A stretch of 64,000 bases of DNA from Callorhinchus milii (lineage: Eukaryota): assembly GCF_018977255.1 (NCBI RefSeq), contig NW_024704743.1:64172001-64236000 (forward strand), given 5' to 3'. Of the stretch, positions 39,500-53,183 are shown piece by piece (the stretch's first letter is position 1; the number at the start of each line of letters is the position of its first letter). The notes beneath the pieces were generated by a model. It worked only from the letters and a program-made list of their open reading frames with translations. It was not told the origin of the DNA and made no database searches. The translations under genes and the position numbers were made by a program.

Positions 39500-41480
39500 G
39501 CCCATGGAAAAAAATCTCCCCACACTTCCTCTCCGCTGCCTAGAGTCATCTGAACTCTTCCCCCTCTGGACTACTACCTACAACAACTTATCCTCCTCTT
39601 ATCCAAAACCAACTGACTCCTCTGTCCACCCACTCTCGCCTCGCCCATTCTCTCCTCAAACTCCAACTGTGAGGAGACACTGGATTTCCTCGAGACCAAT
39701 ATCGAGGGGATCTGTTCAGCTGCCTCTGCTCTCCCAACTGCCACCCCAGCCCCACCTCTCCCTCACACTCCATCCCCTACCCATCCCTCCCTCTTCGAAC
39801 CTGTCTTCCCCTCCTCTCTCACCACCATTATAACCTGCATGAAGCCCACCACCTATTCCCTCGACCCCATCCCTACCCCTCTCCTTACCTGCCAGCTCCA
39901 CCTCCTTGCCCCCTTTACTCTCAGGCCTCGTCAACCTCAACCTGTCAAATGGACACCGTTCCTACCCCCCTTAAAAGCAGCTGTCATCACCTCTTTCCTA
40001 AAAAAAAACTTCCCTGGACCCATCCCTGCTCACAAACTACCGCCCCATATCCAACCAGATTTTTGAAAAAGTTGTTGCCTCCTCTCTTGCCACTTTCTTT
40101 ACGAACCACTCCAATCGAGTTTCCTTGCTAACAGCTCTGGTCAAGGTGACAAATGCATTCTGTCCATCTGTGACCAGGGCTTCCTCTTTCTCCTCATCCT
40201 TCTTGACCTCTTTGCTGCCTTCAACACTGTGGACCACTCTATCCTCCTCCACCATCTCTCCTCTCACCTCAACCTTCAAGGTTCTGTCCTTGAATGGTTC
40301 AGATCCTATAAAATTGGTCACTTCAATCCACGACTGTTTGTGGGACACTGCTGTGTGCAATTGGCTGTCGCATTTCGCTCACAAATATACAGTCAATTCA
40401 CTTTACAGTCTATTCTGTGAAGGGCTTCGAAGACGTGAAAAGTGCTATATCAAATGCAAGGATTATTATTATAATTATTATGATTACCTCTCACACCAGC
40501 TCCACTTTGTCTCCATAAATGGCTTCTCTTCCAGCCCCCACACCATCTTGTGTGGTGTTTCTCAGGCCTCTGTCTTCGGTCCTCTCCTCTTCAACCTCTA
40601 CATGCTTCCTCTTGGTGACATGGGCAGATATGGGGTCAACTTCCACATGTACGCAGATGACACCCCACTCTGTCTCTCTGTCTCCACCCTCGACTCCAAA
40701 ACCACTGATGTCCTGACAGACTGTCAGACTTTAAGTCCTGGATGAGAGCTAACTTTCTTCAGTTGAACGTCAGCAAGACCAAGGCTCTCCTGATTGGCTC
40801 GCGACAGAGCTTCCGCTCCTCAGGTACTGGCAGCAACAGCATCCATGGATGCATACTCTACCTCAACAAGCCAGTCAGGAACCTGGGTGTCTTGTTTGAC
40901 TTTCAACTGTCCTTTCTCCCCCACATCCATGCTATGACCCGCTCTGCCTTTCCCACCTCCGCAAAATTGCCCGACTCCGCCACTGCCTCAACCCTCAGGC
41001 CGCCAAAACCTTCATACGTTCCTTCATCACATCCAGGCTCGACTATGTACAATTTGTTGGCCTTCCAAACTCTTCCCTCCACAATCTGCAGATCATCTGG
41101 AACTAGGTTCCATGACCCCATCACCCCCACCCTCGCCCGACTCCACTGGCTCCCCATCCCTCAGAGGGTCAAATTCCAAATCCTCATCCTCACCTTCATG
41201 GTCCTCCACGACCTTGCTCCCTCCTACCTCTCTGACCTCCTTATCAACCTGTCCACTCCTTCCGCTCAACAAGCTCCGGCCTGCTCCATGTCTCCCCCCT
41301 GACCTGCTCAACCATCGGTGGTCGGGCATTCTGACTCTCTGCCTCTCTGCAACTCCATCCCACATTCCCTTTGCCTCACTCCCTCTCTTGCCTCCTTCAA
41401 GGCGAGTCTCAAGACCTTCCTCTTCGACCGTGCCTTTGGCCACCCTCCTATCCTCTCTGCCCTTTGCCCTCCCTGATCCC
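39500..41480 (+). mobile_element. Decayed L2 LINE (RT to 3' end) with a SINE 3' half inserted at ~40308-40482
   Basis: MKPTTYSLDPIP, TALVKVTN, GVSQASVFGPLLFNLYMLPLG, FHMYADDT, LHWLPIPQRVKFQIL. Confidence 0.9.
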
Positions 41481-44137
41481 AACCGCCCCTTCTGCGCACT
41501 CCAATTTAGTGAAGGGACCAAGGCTTCCCCATCTCGGGGTTCTGTCACCCTTTGCAGGGCGCAGTTACAAATAGGGTCTTGTACACCCCTCCCTATTCCC
41601 CCCCCTCTTAGTGGGGAATGTGGACAGGTTCACAACACACAGGTTGTGCACACATTTGTTTGGGTTGCTCCCTTTAAGATAATCTGGAATTGCACTAGAT
41701 CCATGTATGCTTCAGGCCATAGTACTGAGGCCAGATGGAGTCCCCTAATGTTTTGTCGCTACCTTTGACCCCAATGTTTCATCCACATACACAGTCAATT
41801 CACTTTACAGTATATTCTGTGAAGCTCTTTGAGACATCTAGAAGACGTGAAAAACGCTATATCAGATGCAAGGATTATTATTATTATAATGTTGGGTGGT
41901 CTAATATCCCCACTGATGAGGTAGTTGAGGAATTGAGGATCTACTTTGCGCATTGTACAATACTTAAACCTCAAATTCGACCTAATATTAGCCTGTAAAA
42001 TCTTTCTTTCTTCTTAAAATTCAAGATTGCATAGAATTGTGGAATTTTTTTAATTCAGTCTTAATCTCTAATCTGTTAATCTGTTTTAATAATAATGATA
42101 ATAATTCTTGCATTTGGTGTAACGTTTTTCACATCAGTGGGATATCCCAAAGCGCTTCACAGGATATATTTCAAAAGTGAGGTGACTGTGTTTTGTGAGG
42201 GAAATGCAATTTCTAAAAAAATAAAGTCATTAAGACTAATTTCAGAGTTTTTCACAATTCTCCACAATAATAAAGTTTAAGACAAAATGGTCTTAGAACA
42301 TAAGTCTCAGTGGAATTTCTGGCCTATAGTTGCGAAGTGTAAATCTATGAATGTGTCCATCTGTATATATTTGTGTTTATTAACAAAAATATGCATTCAT
42401 TGTTCCAATTTGGCTTATCAAAGTATGCTTTACTTTACCATATGAAACTGAAGAGGCTGCGGAGATTACATGCACTCTAATGTGCCTGCACACATGACAG
42501 GTAACAGAAGGCTCTTACAATTTATATTTAGATGACTTGTCTTCCCTGTGAAAGGAATCTATCAGTTGTGTCACTGCCTTGATATTCACTCTTGGCTCTC
42601 TATTAGTTTTAGATTTGCTTCATCAGGAAGTTATTGTGTAACGGGTGTGCCTATGTTTTAAATCCATATTACTAATATGTTTCACATTCTTCCCTGAGTC
42701 AAGTAATATTTATTTCGCAGTGTCCTTGTCTTGAATATAAAATGCACTGTGCGACTGTGTGTGTGGTTATATATCTGTTTTTGTCACATCTGGGAATCAA
42801 TTTCTCAGACTATAGGTCATTTTGTCTCTAGGGACAGTGCTCTTCATTAGTCACACGGCCAGTTGCAGACACGTGCTTTACAGAATTAGGATCTTAAGGG
42901 AATTCTGAATCATTCCCTGGTCAAATGAAAATCTCAGTTATTTAGGGCTGTCGTGGTTTTTTACTGAACCATTTCTAGCTGCCCTTTATGCTCATGCCTT
43001 GGAGTCATTCAATTACCATGCAAAAAAATTACTGTGTTGACATAAAAAAATCAAAGATATTTCTAAGTTGTGTTTTTAAACCAACGGTGATGTTGGAATT
43101 TTGGGAAGGAGAATCTGAGTCTAATCCTTCTGAGGATCCCCACCACCAAAACACACACACAAACACACACACACACAACCACCATCATCACCAAGTCTGT
43201 TTTCTATGGCATAAGTGTTAAATTACATACAAACCAATTCTCTGTGGGGTTGAAAAAGCTCTCCTCAGGTAAGCAGTCATGTTGCTCGCATCTCATTGCC
43301 AGGAAAAGCGCTTGTGATGTAAACTGTGTTTTCTACAGTAAAACGGCTGTACTTCAGCACCAACTTGCTACACGTTTGCTCAGAGCAGATTGAGGTCTCC
43401 AGTCTGGGATTTCTCTGAAGAAAAGACAGTTTTTGTCCTGAAGAACCTTTTTGTCAGTGAGGTGCCAGTAATGCTACCGATTGGTCAAGGAGCAATTTCC
43501 ATCACTGATGTGACAGACATATGTCAATATTTAGTTCTAACACTTAGTTTTAATAATTACGTGTCAACCGCAAATAGATAAACGAAAAGCAAATGAGACC
43601 AGTGAGCCACATACAGGTCATTTCTGTTAGAATATCGTACCATTCTTCTGGCTGGTTCTTGCTCTCATGATTCTAAGAGTGGGATAAATACAAGTAAAAA
43701 ATAATGTACTCTCTGACCCTGAGCAAAGACTCCAGGATATTAATCTAATCTAAGAAGCTATGTTTCCAATCCAAGTGTCAGGACTTTTTGCCCGAGATGT
43801 TTAATGAATTTAATGCCAATAATTACATTACATTTCTATTTTTGCTAATAGAGAGCTATTCAATGTGTGAATGTGTTTTATGTTTCCCATATATTTTTTA
43901 CATAGTGTATACTAAATTGCTGGATTAACATTCCAATCACTTTGATGGCATGAGTGCTGCTGACTGTGTAAGGTCAAGAGCAACTTTCAGAATAATTGGG
44001 ATTGGGATCTTTGCTATCAGAAGAAAATGTGACATTTATCCACATTAAAATCCATTTTGTAACCCAAAATTTCTAACGAATTCAAAATATAGAAAAGTGG
44101 CTGTTCTGCTCTTCTCTACTAGGTCTCTAACTGCCTA

Positions 44138-44865
44138 CAACAACAAATTACATTTGTATAGCACCCTTCATGTCAGGAGGACGTCCCAAGGCACTGGACA
44201 ATCAAGGATTTGGACCTGAGCAGGGGTGGAGAGCAGGGAGGTAGGGGTAGGAGAGTGGCTGTAAGCACGGTCAAAGAGGAGGGTCTTGAGACATGTCTTG
44301 AAGGAGGCAAGGGAGAGAGCAAGGCGAAGGGACTGTGGGATGGAGTTCCAAAGGGTGGGGGTAGCGAGGCTGAAAGCCCGACTGCTGATGGTGGGGCGGG
44401 CTGGGCGGGGACGTGGAGTAAGCCAGAGCCTGCTGAGCAGAGGGAATGGACAAGTTGATATGGTGTTAGCAGGTCAGAGGTAGGAGAGGGCAAGTCCGTG
44501 GAAGGCTTTGAAGGCAAGGGTGAGGATTTTGAACTCTATCTTCTGGGGGATGCGGTACCAGTAGAGCCTGGCAAGGGTGGGGTGATAAGGTCATGGAGCC
44601 TGGTGTGGGAGAGGACACGAGATGCAGAGTTCAGGATGATCTGCAGCCTGTGAAGGGAAGAGTTGGGAAGGCCAACAAGCAGGGAGTTGGCATAGTTGAG
44701 CCTAGATGTGATGAATGCATGGATAAATGTTTCGACAGCCTGAGGAGAGAGAAACTGGCAGTGCCGGGTGATGTTGCAGAGATGGGGAAAGGCAGAGCGG
44801 GTCATGGCATGGATGTGGGGTAGAAAGGACATGTGGGGGTCAAGCAAGATGCCAAAGTTGTGGTC
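44138..44865 (-). mobile_element. 5'-truncated L2 with (TTG)n tail, abutting a plus-strand L2 RT fragment (44870-45110)
   Basis: HAFITSRLNYANSLLVGLP; adjacent WMSPNFLQLNVGKTK on the + strand. Confidence 0.88.
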
Positions 44866-46499
44866 TGTTTTTTTCCTCCCACTCCTGTCCGGTCACCTCT
44901 AGGGTACCCCAAGGCTCCATCTTTGGCCCCTTCTTTTCCTTATCCACATGCTCCCACAGCTTGTTTGACGGGCATCAAGGTCTGGATGAGTCCAAATTTC
45001 CTGCAGTTGAATGTCGGCAAGACCAAAGCCAAACTATTTGGCTCCCGTCAATGTCTCTCTCCTGTGGTCTGAATTCCTCAACCTCCCTGGACTCTCCCTC
45101 AGTCTCCCTGAATTTTTATTGTATTTTTGGGGCTTAACTTTAGGTTTTTATTAAACTGTAATTTATTCCTTGCTCAGCCAGTACAGTTCTGGAATTCCAC
45201 ACACCACTGGTATTAAGAGTTTGTGTTGTTCATTCCAACCTATTAGATTACTGTGCATACCCTATGCTTATGTACATATATGATCTTCATCAGCTGTACA
45301 ACTATAAACATACAGAATTAATAGGATGCCCATAGAACCATGACGTTTAACACAAAGCCAGTCACTACACTTGACAGTAATTACCTGTGAAGCGTTATGA
45401 AATGTTTTCACTTGAAAAAGCAATATAGAAATACAAATTCTTTCTTCATTGCAGAATGAATGTCAGATTCATATTCCACTTGATCTATTTTGCATTTCTC
45501 ACCTAGTTCTCTCTGAAGTTCCTGAAAGTTGTTAATCTCCTGATTGACAGAAGGAGGTGTTAATCTTACTCCTATTGATGCCTTGCCTTTGTCAAGTGCT
45601 ATGAATTAAATTCAAGTTCTTATTAATGATGCCACTCTTCATGTTCTGACCATTCCCGTTTGGAGGCTTATGCCTTTGAACAGGCATGACAGCCTCCTCT
45701 TATCTGTTTTACCTTAAGTAGTTTTCTTTGCCATTTTGTAAGAAATATATCCCGAAGGACTGCAAATGATTCCAACCATAATATCACTTGGTTGCATTAC
45801 AAATAATTGTGTTTAGTGACTTCTTCTTTCAAAGAGTAGCTGCTCAATCTAGGAGTGTGAGAGCTGAAAATATCCATGGGCTTAGCCTTGAAATCATTGC
45901 CTTAAAATCTGCAATTGTGTGGATTTTTTAAATTCAGTCTAAATTTAAGATTAGTTTAACTCGACCTGGTTTAAGATGCAGAAAAACAGATTCCAAATTT
46001 AACAATTTTCCAAACCTCTACATTTTCAGACAATGGCTTGAAGCTGAGACTTGGTGAAAGGTTGGGTCTCCAATTAGNTTTTTTATTAAAAATATCAGCT
46101 TTCTTTGTTGAAAATGACGAAGAATGATGCTTCAGTTTTAAATCTTTTTTAATTTGTCTATTACAACAATAGCTTTCATTTATACAGGGCCGGCCCTTCA
46201 CTTAGGATAATATGTTGGACCACTTCACAATGGCGGAATTGGACTCCTAACGAGGGGGAAAAGTTGGTGACTGTAAATGCGTTCAAAGATAGGTAGGTTT
46301 TTAGACAAGATTTAAAGACAGAATTAGAGGTGGTAAGATTGAGGGATAAAGGAAGGGAAGGCCTGCCGGAGTAACTGATGAGTATCCCGCAGCTTGTCCA
46401 GCTAGGACTACTATACACATCAGGGCTTTGGATTCCAGGGTTAGTAAGAGCCGAATGTAACTAATCCTGCCTCCAGCGACTCCTCTTCAATATCTTGGT

Positions 46500-47505
46500 G
46501 ACATGTATGCGGATGACACCCAACTGTACCTCTCTGCCTCCACCCTTGACTCCAGGACCACTGCTGTCCTGACACAATGTCTGTCAGACATCAAGCCTTG
46601 GATGAGAGCAAACTTTCTACAGTTGAACTTCAACAAGACCGAGACTCTCCTCATTGGCTCCCGTCAGCGCCTCCTCACCTCAGGCGCTGATAGAATCACC
46701 ATCCATGGTTGCACACTCCACCTCACTAAGCCAATCCGGAATTTTGGCGTCTTGCTTGACCCTCAACTATTCTTTCTATCGCATATCCGTGCTATGACCC
46801 GCTCTGCCTTCCCCCACCTCCTCAACATTGTCTGGCTCCAACACTGTCTCACACCTCAGGCCGCCGAGACCCTCATTACATCAAGGCTTGACTATACAAA
46901 GTCCTTGCTTGCCGGGCTCCCCAACTCCTCCCTCCACAGGTTGTAGATCATCTAGAACTCTGCAGCCTATGGAGGGAGGAGTTGTCTTTATCACATCTTT
47001 GTGTCTACTTCGGCACCAGGCTCCTTGACCCTATCACCCTCATCCTCACCCAATTCCACTGGCTTCCCATTACATACAGGATACAGTTCAAGATCCTGGT
47101 CCTCACCTTCAAAGCCCTACACGGTCTTACCCCCCCCCCCACCCCCGCCATCTCTGCGATATCATAGCCCCCTACCATCCTGCCCGCTCCCTCCGTTCAG
47201 CGGGATCTAGTCTGCTTCACGTCCCCCGCCTTGCTCACCCCACCAATGGAGGACAGGTCATCTGCCACTCTTCCCCCACCCTCTGGAACTCTATCCTGGG
47301 GTCCCTCTGCCTCTCCCCCTCCCTTGCCTCCTTCAAGACCCTCCTCTTCGTCCATGCCTTTGATCACCCTGCTTCTACCCTGCCCTCCGCCCTCCCTAAT
47401 CCCGACCCCCAGCTCAGGTCCGAAACTCTGAATGTCCAGCACCTTGGGATGTCCTCCCGGGTGAAAGGCGCTATACAAATGTAATTTAGTTGTAGTTGTT
47501 GTTGC
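46500..47505 (+). mobile_element. 5'-truncated L2 LINE
   Basis: MYADDTQLYLS, FLQLNFNKTETLLIG, FHWLPITYRIQFKIL; tail GTGAAAGGCGCTATACAAATG..(TTG)n. Confidence 0.92.
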
Positions 47506-50500
47506 TCTGCTTTTTCAAGTACTGCTATGCCTGCCATTGAGAGTGCCTTGGTGTACAGTGGACCTGTCGGACTCGGGAGGAACTGGACGCCACAGAGGAT
47601 TGACTCAATTTTGATCTTGCATTGTCAAGCATGCTACCCTGGAACTAACTCAGCCCCACGTGCCACTACTCCCTGCCCCCCGATAATCTAGCTTATATTA
47701 TCAACACATAACTTAATATTGGTTTTAAAATTGCTCAATTCAAATGTGTTATAAGTGATGTAGCCTTGTAACATTAAGAGAAAATTGAATCCAAGGAAGA
47801 TGAAAGAGTTGAGCCCCAAAGCAGTTTAAATGACAAAAAATAATCAATGAAACATATTAAACCCAGAATGTTTTAAAATTATAAATTGTGTGCAAATATG
47901 TTATTGCAAACAAAACAGTTATATTAAAGTTGTCAATAGTTATATTTTTTCAAATTTTTCTCATAGAAATTATATAATTTAATGTATCTGGAACCTGTAA
48001 TATGAAACAGCCATCGATACTCACTACAGTGAGAATACTCACTTCTTTTGCCCACAAAATATACAGTCAATTCCCTTTACAGTATATTCTGTGAAGCACT
48101 TTGAGAAGTCTCGAAGACGTGATAAGGCGCTATATCAAATGCAAGGATTATTATTATGCAGCAGACTGACAAAGGTTCTTCTACTCAACTGGTTTATTCA
48201 TCATGTAAGTTTCTTTCATTTATAAGCATCACAAATATAGTGACTGAATGCAAAATAGAAGATGCTGCATTTTTGTGGAGCAGAACAAAAACATGACCAT
48301 TTCCAAGAATAAGGGGCAAACTCTCAACTGTCCAGCTCCTTGGGATGTCTTCTTGATGTGAAAGGTGCTATAAAACTCATTTTTTTGTGGTTGCTGTTTG
48401 TGTGTGGATTATAGTAGGCTGCTATCCCTGTGTAAAATACCATGCACCAAAGGCCTGATGCAGCAGAGCTTTGCTTGAAGGCAAAAAAGAAGCATAAACA
48501 GAGCTAATGAGATTTTCTGTCACTTTTAGCAGAATGCTAAAGAATGAATTGTTTAATGCATTAGATATGAAAAAGGAACGGTTGTTGAAACTCTAGGTGC
48601 TTCTTACACAAGGAAGTGGCTAATGAACCTCTATATAGTGTCTCTATTAGCAGGCTATTAAAGGTCAATTCCTGAAATCTATATCCTTTTAAAAAGCCCA
48701 GTTAATCCACATTGATTTTCTTGTCTGGATAAATTTGCAGATTCCTAGACAGATGCTCAGTAAATTCTTGTAAGCAAGTAGAAAGAATGTCAGATTATCA
48801 TGGACGTAGGACTGAAATCCCGTAACAACAGCAGGAGCTGAAAAAAGATGGTAAGCAAAAAAGCACCTGTAAGCCATATCAGGTCAGGAAGATTAAAAAA
48901 AAAGCCAGGATGGAATATGTGATGCGTGGAATTTGAAGTTTTTCTTAAAGAAACTATAAGGGTAGAAAATCAAATATTCTTCTTTGAAATTCATAAGAAG
49001 ATATCAAAGTATTACAGGAATCTGCAGTGGGATTTTAAGGACGGAAATCTTCAGGAAATCTTCAAAGCACTTGCTGTACTGAGCTGTCTAGTCAAGACAA
49101 TAATGTTTTAAAGTTGCGTGCTGCTGTTCCTTTGCACATGGCCTTGAAATGAACGCTCAGTTTATTAATTTGAGAAATTGTCACTGCATGGCTCCTGCTC
49201 TGCCAGTTACACTCCACTGCTCATTTCCCTAATTTCTGTTTTTTTTCCAAAAGAAAAAAAGAGTTTACTACATTGATCAAACACTTCTGTGAGACCTAGA
49301 TGTGTCTGTGCACATCGGAAAAATGATACTGTCTTTCAATGGAAGAAACGTGACACCTTGGATACCCTTAGGAATCAATTTCTAAGACAAATAAAACTCA
49401 GACATAATCTTCAGGCAAATGCAAATTGATGTAGATAGGTCATGGATTATCCTGACAACATATCAAACAAGAAATAAAAATAATCATTTGCATTTGATAC
49501 AGTGCATTTTATGTTGTGAGGACGTCTCAAAGCATTTCACAGGATATACTGTAGATTGTAATGATTGCATTTTGTAGGTGAACACGACAGCTAATTTGCA
49601 CACAGCAATGTGCCACAGACAGTGAATGATCAATTTTAATTCAGCAATTGTTGGCCATAATGGTTATGGGGATAGGCATGATTCAAAGTGCATCTTGCTT
49701 TGAGAGCTGGTGCAGACTCAATGGGCTGAATGGCCTCCATATGCACTGACATTTCAGTGATTATTGGACATTGGTCAACTCCCTTCCATTGGTCACTTGG
49801 ACAACTTACTTCTCTTTTTGAATAGTGCCTCGGGATCCTTAATGTCCAACTGAGCAGACAGATTATCTATCAGAACTTCAGATTTCTGTAATATCGACGT
49901 AAGGAATGGTTAAGAAATTGACAAATGAGACTGCAGCTGACATTTATCAATAGCTTCAAAGGATTTTGATATTAACTTGTGTAGAAATAGATTGAAGTCT
50001 CATGCAGGAGCAAACATTTTCAGGGGCATTTCATAAAACGTTACTGTTCATTGCAGTGGCTTTATAGGCAGAGACAGCAGCAACTTAAAATGTCAGTGAT
50101 CAAGCAGCATTGCAAAATATGATAAATTCCTAGTGAATTGAATTTATGATAAAATAATAATCCTTGCATTTGGTTGGGGTACATCACAAAACTTCTCACA
50201 GGATATGATGTAAAGTGGAGTAATTGTATATTTGTTGACGTACTGTCCCACAAACAACCATGAAGCGAATGATCAATTTTATTTGGGGATTGTTGATCCA
50301 CGACAGCAGGAGAAGCTTCCGATTGACCTCACATTAATGTCCCAAATACAGTGGAATCCACTTTAGGCGGATAACCCCAATCGAACAAAACGCCTGGCCC
50401 TGATTTATTTGTATTCTTACCTGTTTTAAATATGTCGGTTGATTCATATTCGACAAAAATCTGGTTAATCTGGTCAAAAAGCCACGCTGGTCGCTGCTGA

Positions 50501-51419
50501 ATGTACTCAATCGGGACTTTTGTGTGTCGAGTGGCTCCATTCAGCCACAAGGGATTCCAGGATGGAGATGAGAGGAGTCTAAGATTGATTGACAGCGGAC
50601 TCCAGCCATTTACAAGAGGCTGGAATTGAGCTATCAATCAGGGAGAGGGCGGAGAATGGAGAAGAACAAGGGAGAGAATGGGAGGAGTCAAATCGCAATA
50701 TCAAATACAAGGATTATTATTACAACTCTGGAAATAAAAGCTGTTTTGGAAGCCAGTATTGCCGCAACTAACTGGTGCGCAGTTTGTCTCAGCTGATCTG
50801 ATAAAGAGTTACAGCACCCGTTGAGATTTTTAGGAGGTGATGATGATGATGCAAATACAGAGTTCGATCTTCCAGGAAGTCTATCTATGGATCTAAAAGA
50901 ATTGTAGCATTGTTCAGCACTGAAAAAAGCTTATTTTGCTATGTTTTCTTGACAGTGAAATCCTGTGAAGTGCTTTGAGACATCTTGACAATGCGATGAG
51001 GCGCTATGTCAAATGCAAGGATTATATACAATAACAACAACTTGCATAGTGCCCTTCATGTGGTGTAGTCTCAGAATACTTTATTATTATATATTATATA
51101 TATTTTTGTCTGTACCGGCTCTTTGATAGAATTATCCATTTAGGTTCCAGTCCCCTACCCTTTACCCATACCCTTGAATCGTGATGAACTGGACAATATT
51201 GAGAGCCCAAAACTCCACCTGTGGAAGACCTCACTCAATACCTCAAAATGGAGAGTCCACTTGCGCACCTGGGTTGTGACTCTCTTGGGAGTATCCGCCC
51301 TATTGTTTTGTGGGTGTAACTGCCCTATTATTTTGAACCCCACTACGCAGATCTATAGGAGCCAGAGTTTATGGTATTAAGGCACAGGGCTGTGGCGGGC
51401 TACATGTGTAGTAACTGTC

Positions 51420-51650
51420 AGGATCATCCCTGATACTCATGGTGGTGTTGGGCCTTCTCTTTAAATTGCTGCAATCCCTGTGGCAAAAGTGCTCCCACAG
51501 GGCAGTTCCTGCACTCCGATCTGGTGACAATGAAGGAATGGCAATATACAGCATGTCCATTTCAGGATGGTGAGTGATGTGCAAGTGGTGGTGTTCCCAT
51601 CAAACTGCTGTTCCTGTTCTCCTGGATGATGTAGGTGGCACAGTTTCTCT
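51420..51650 (-). mobile_element. LINE 3'-end fragment of a type recalled from shark genomes
   Basis: GAAGGAATGGCAATATA..CAGGATGGTGAGTG..GTGGTGGTGTTCCCAT pattern. Confidence 0.5.
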
Positions 51651-52632
51651 TAACCACATCTTTGGTCAGTGTAATAATGTAATAAATATTACATGACATG
51701 TTGTATTCCCAACCCCAGGTCTGTGAGGAAGAAAGAGGTTATCTTTAAATAAAAGAAATCAAGACACAATGTTTCTCACAGGAGCATTTTACATGAAGAG
51801 CATGTGATGAGTGCCCAAGTATTTCCTAAGAGAGTGACTTATAAATGCTGAAGGCACCAGTGAGCTATTACATGTTGCCTGGAGTGAAAGAACATTTACA
51901 ACTCATTGTCATTGGTGAGATGTTTTGTTCATTCATTGGCAGAAAGCAATCAGAATTAATTTGAGAAGGCAATGGCTGATGAAGGATAATTCGCAGGTCT
52001 CATTCATCTTTTTTCCCCACTGGTTTGAGTTATCCCTCCACTGGGACCATTCATTCACATAAAATGTTTCAGTAACTTAACACTTGTCAGCCCTCAGGGA
52101 GAACTGTGTTAATTGCTCACTTAAAATGGCTATGTCCTTTTGGAGTCCATCCAAAATATAAATCCAAATCAAGGTCACATCACTTTGCCAGATGTCACTT
52201 ACCATTCTCACACTGCACTCCTTTCAGATCGTATTCTCTCTGAAATAAAACTTATTTTTGAGACTCAGCATCTTGGTATCATAACACCGGAGCCACAGAC
52301 CGTGGAGTTTGGGGGTTCACTCCCACCGCTACTATCATGGTAAGCTCTCAATCTTGGTTGCTCCACTCTCCACAAATGTAGCATTAGTGTGTTTTCCCTT
52401 ATAATTAAAAAGAAGTGGAGGAGTCTAATTCCTGGAGGCCCACTTGGAGAAATCTGATCTATACTGGTACCACTCCCAATCCTACTCTGTAAAGGGCTTT
52501 GAGATGTTTTACTTGAAAAGTGCTACGTAAGTGTAAGATGTCGGTAATAAAAAAAACAATGCTTGCATATAGCACCTTTCACATTGGGAGCACTTCACAG
52601 GATTTACTCTGTAAATCTTCATGCCCAACTCT

Positions 52633-52664
<32 letters not shown>

Positions 52665-53089
52665 TCACCTGAGCTTGGCTGACATGTGACATGTGTAATA
52701 GTGCTCTGACTAAATTCCCTTGTGAAATATGAACAGGTTTGAGGCAGGTGACTAATTCTAATTTTTCAAGGTATAAGGGTACATGTGCAGTGTCCCTATC
52801 ACTATTGTACAAAGTGGGTGCATGTACTTTTATTGGCAGTTTTGGAGAAGGGTTGAAATTCAGCCATTGAATCTTGAATTTTAGCAACTTAAAGCTGAAT
52901 CCTTTTTCCCATAAGAATGCTGCGTTTATTCTGCACTTTTTGAAATTGCTGCTAAGTTTTAAGTATAAAACAAAGGTTGAGTCATAATCAATCACACTGT
53001 AGCCAGGCTCCTGAGGTGGTATCAGAACTCCCCAGTGATTCTCCTCACTGCAACGTGACTGGTTCAAATCATGGATGGACTACATACGT

Positions 53090-53183
53090 CTGACGAAAGG
53101 TCATTGATCTGAAATGTTAACTCACTCTCCTCTCTCCATAGATGCTGCCTGACTTGCTGAGTGTTCCCAGCGACTTCTATTTT
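53090..53183 (+). mobile_element. Penelope-type terminal sequence with a degenerate minimal hammerhead core
   Basis: CTGACGA-A-AGGTC-ATT-GATCT-GAAA-TGTTA followed by CTCTCTCCATAGATGCTGCCTGACTTGCTGAG. Confidence 0.55.

Noticed and set aside
44138..45110. Twin-priming 5' inversion of a single L2
   Set aside because: The geometry fits, but the two halves resemble different L2 subfamilies in this window (40900/46790-type versus 17670/22810-type), so independent insertions are more likely.
46078..46078. Single N base
   Set aside because: Assembly ambiguity or join, not biology; local adjacency should be treated with caution.
50347..50527. Tigger-like MITE (TA-CAGTGGAATCC start, CpG-rich)
   Set aside because: The right TIR is too degenerate to support the call.
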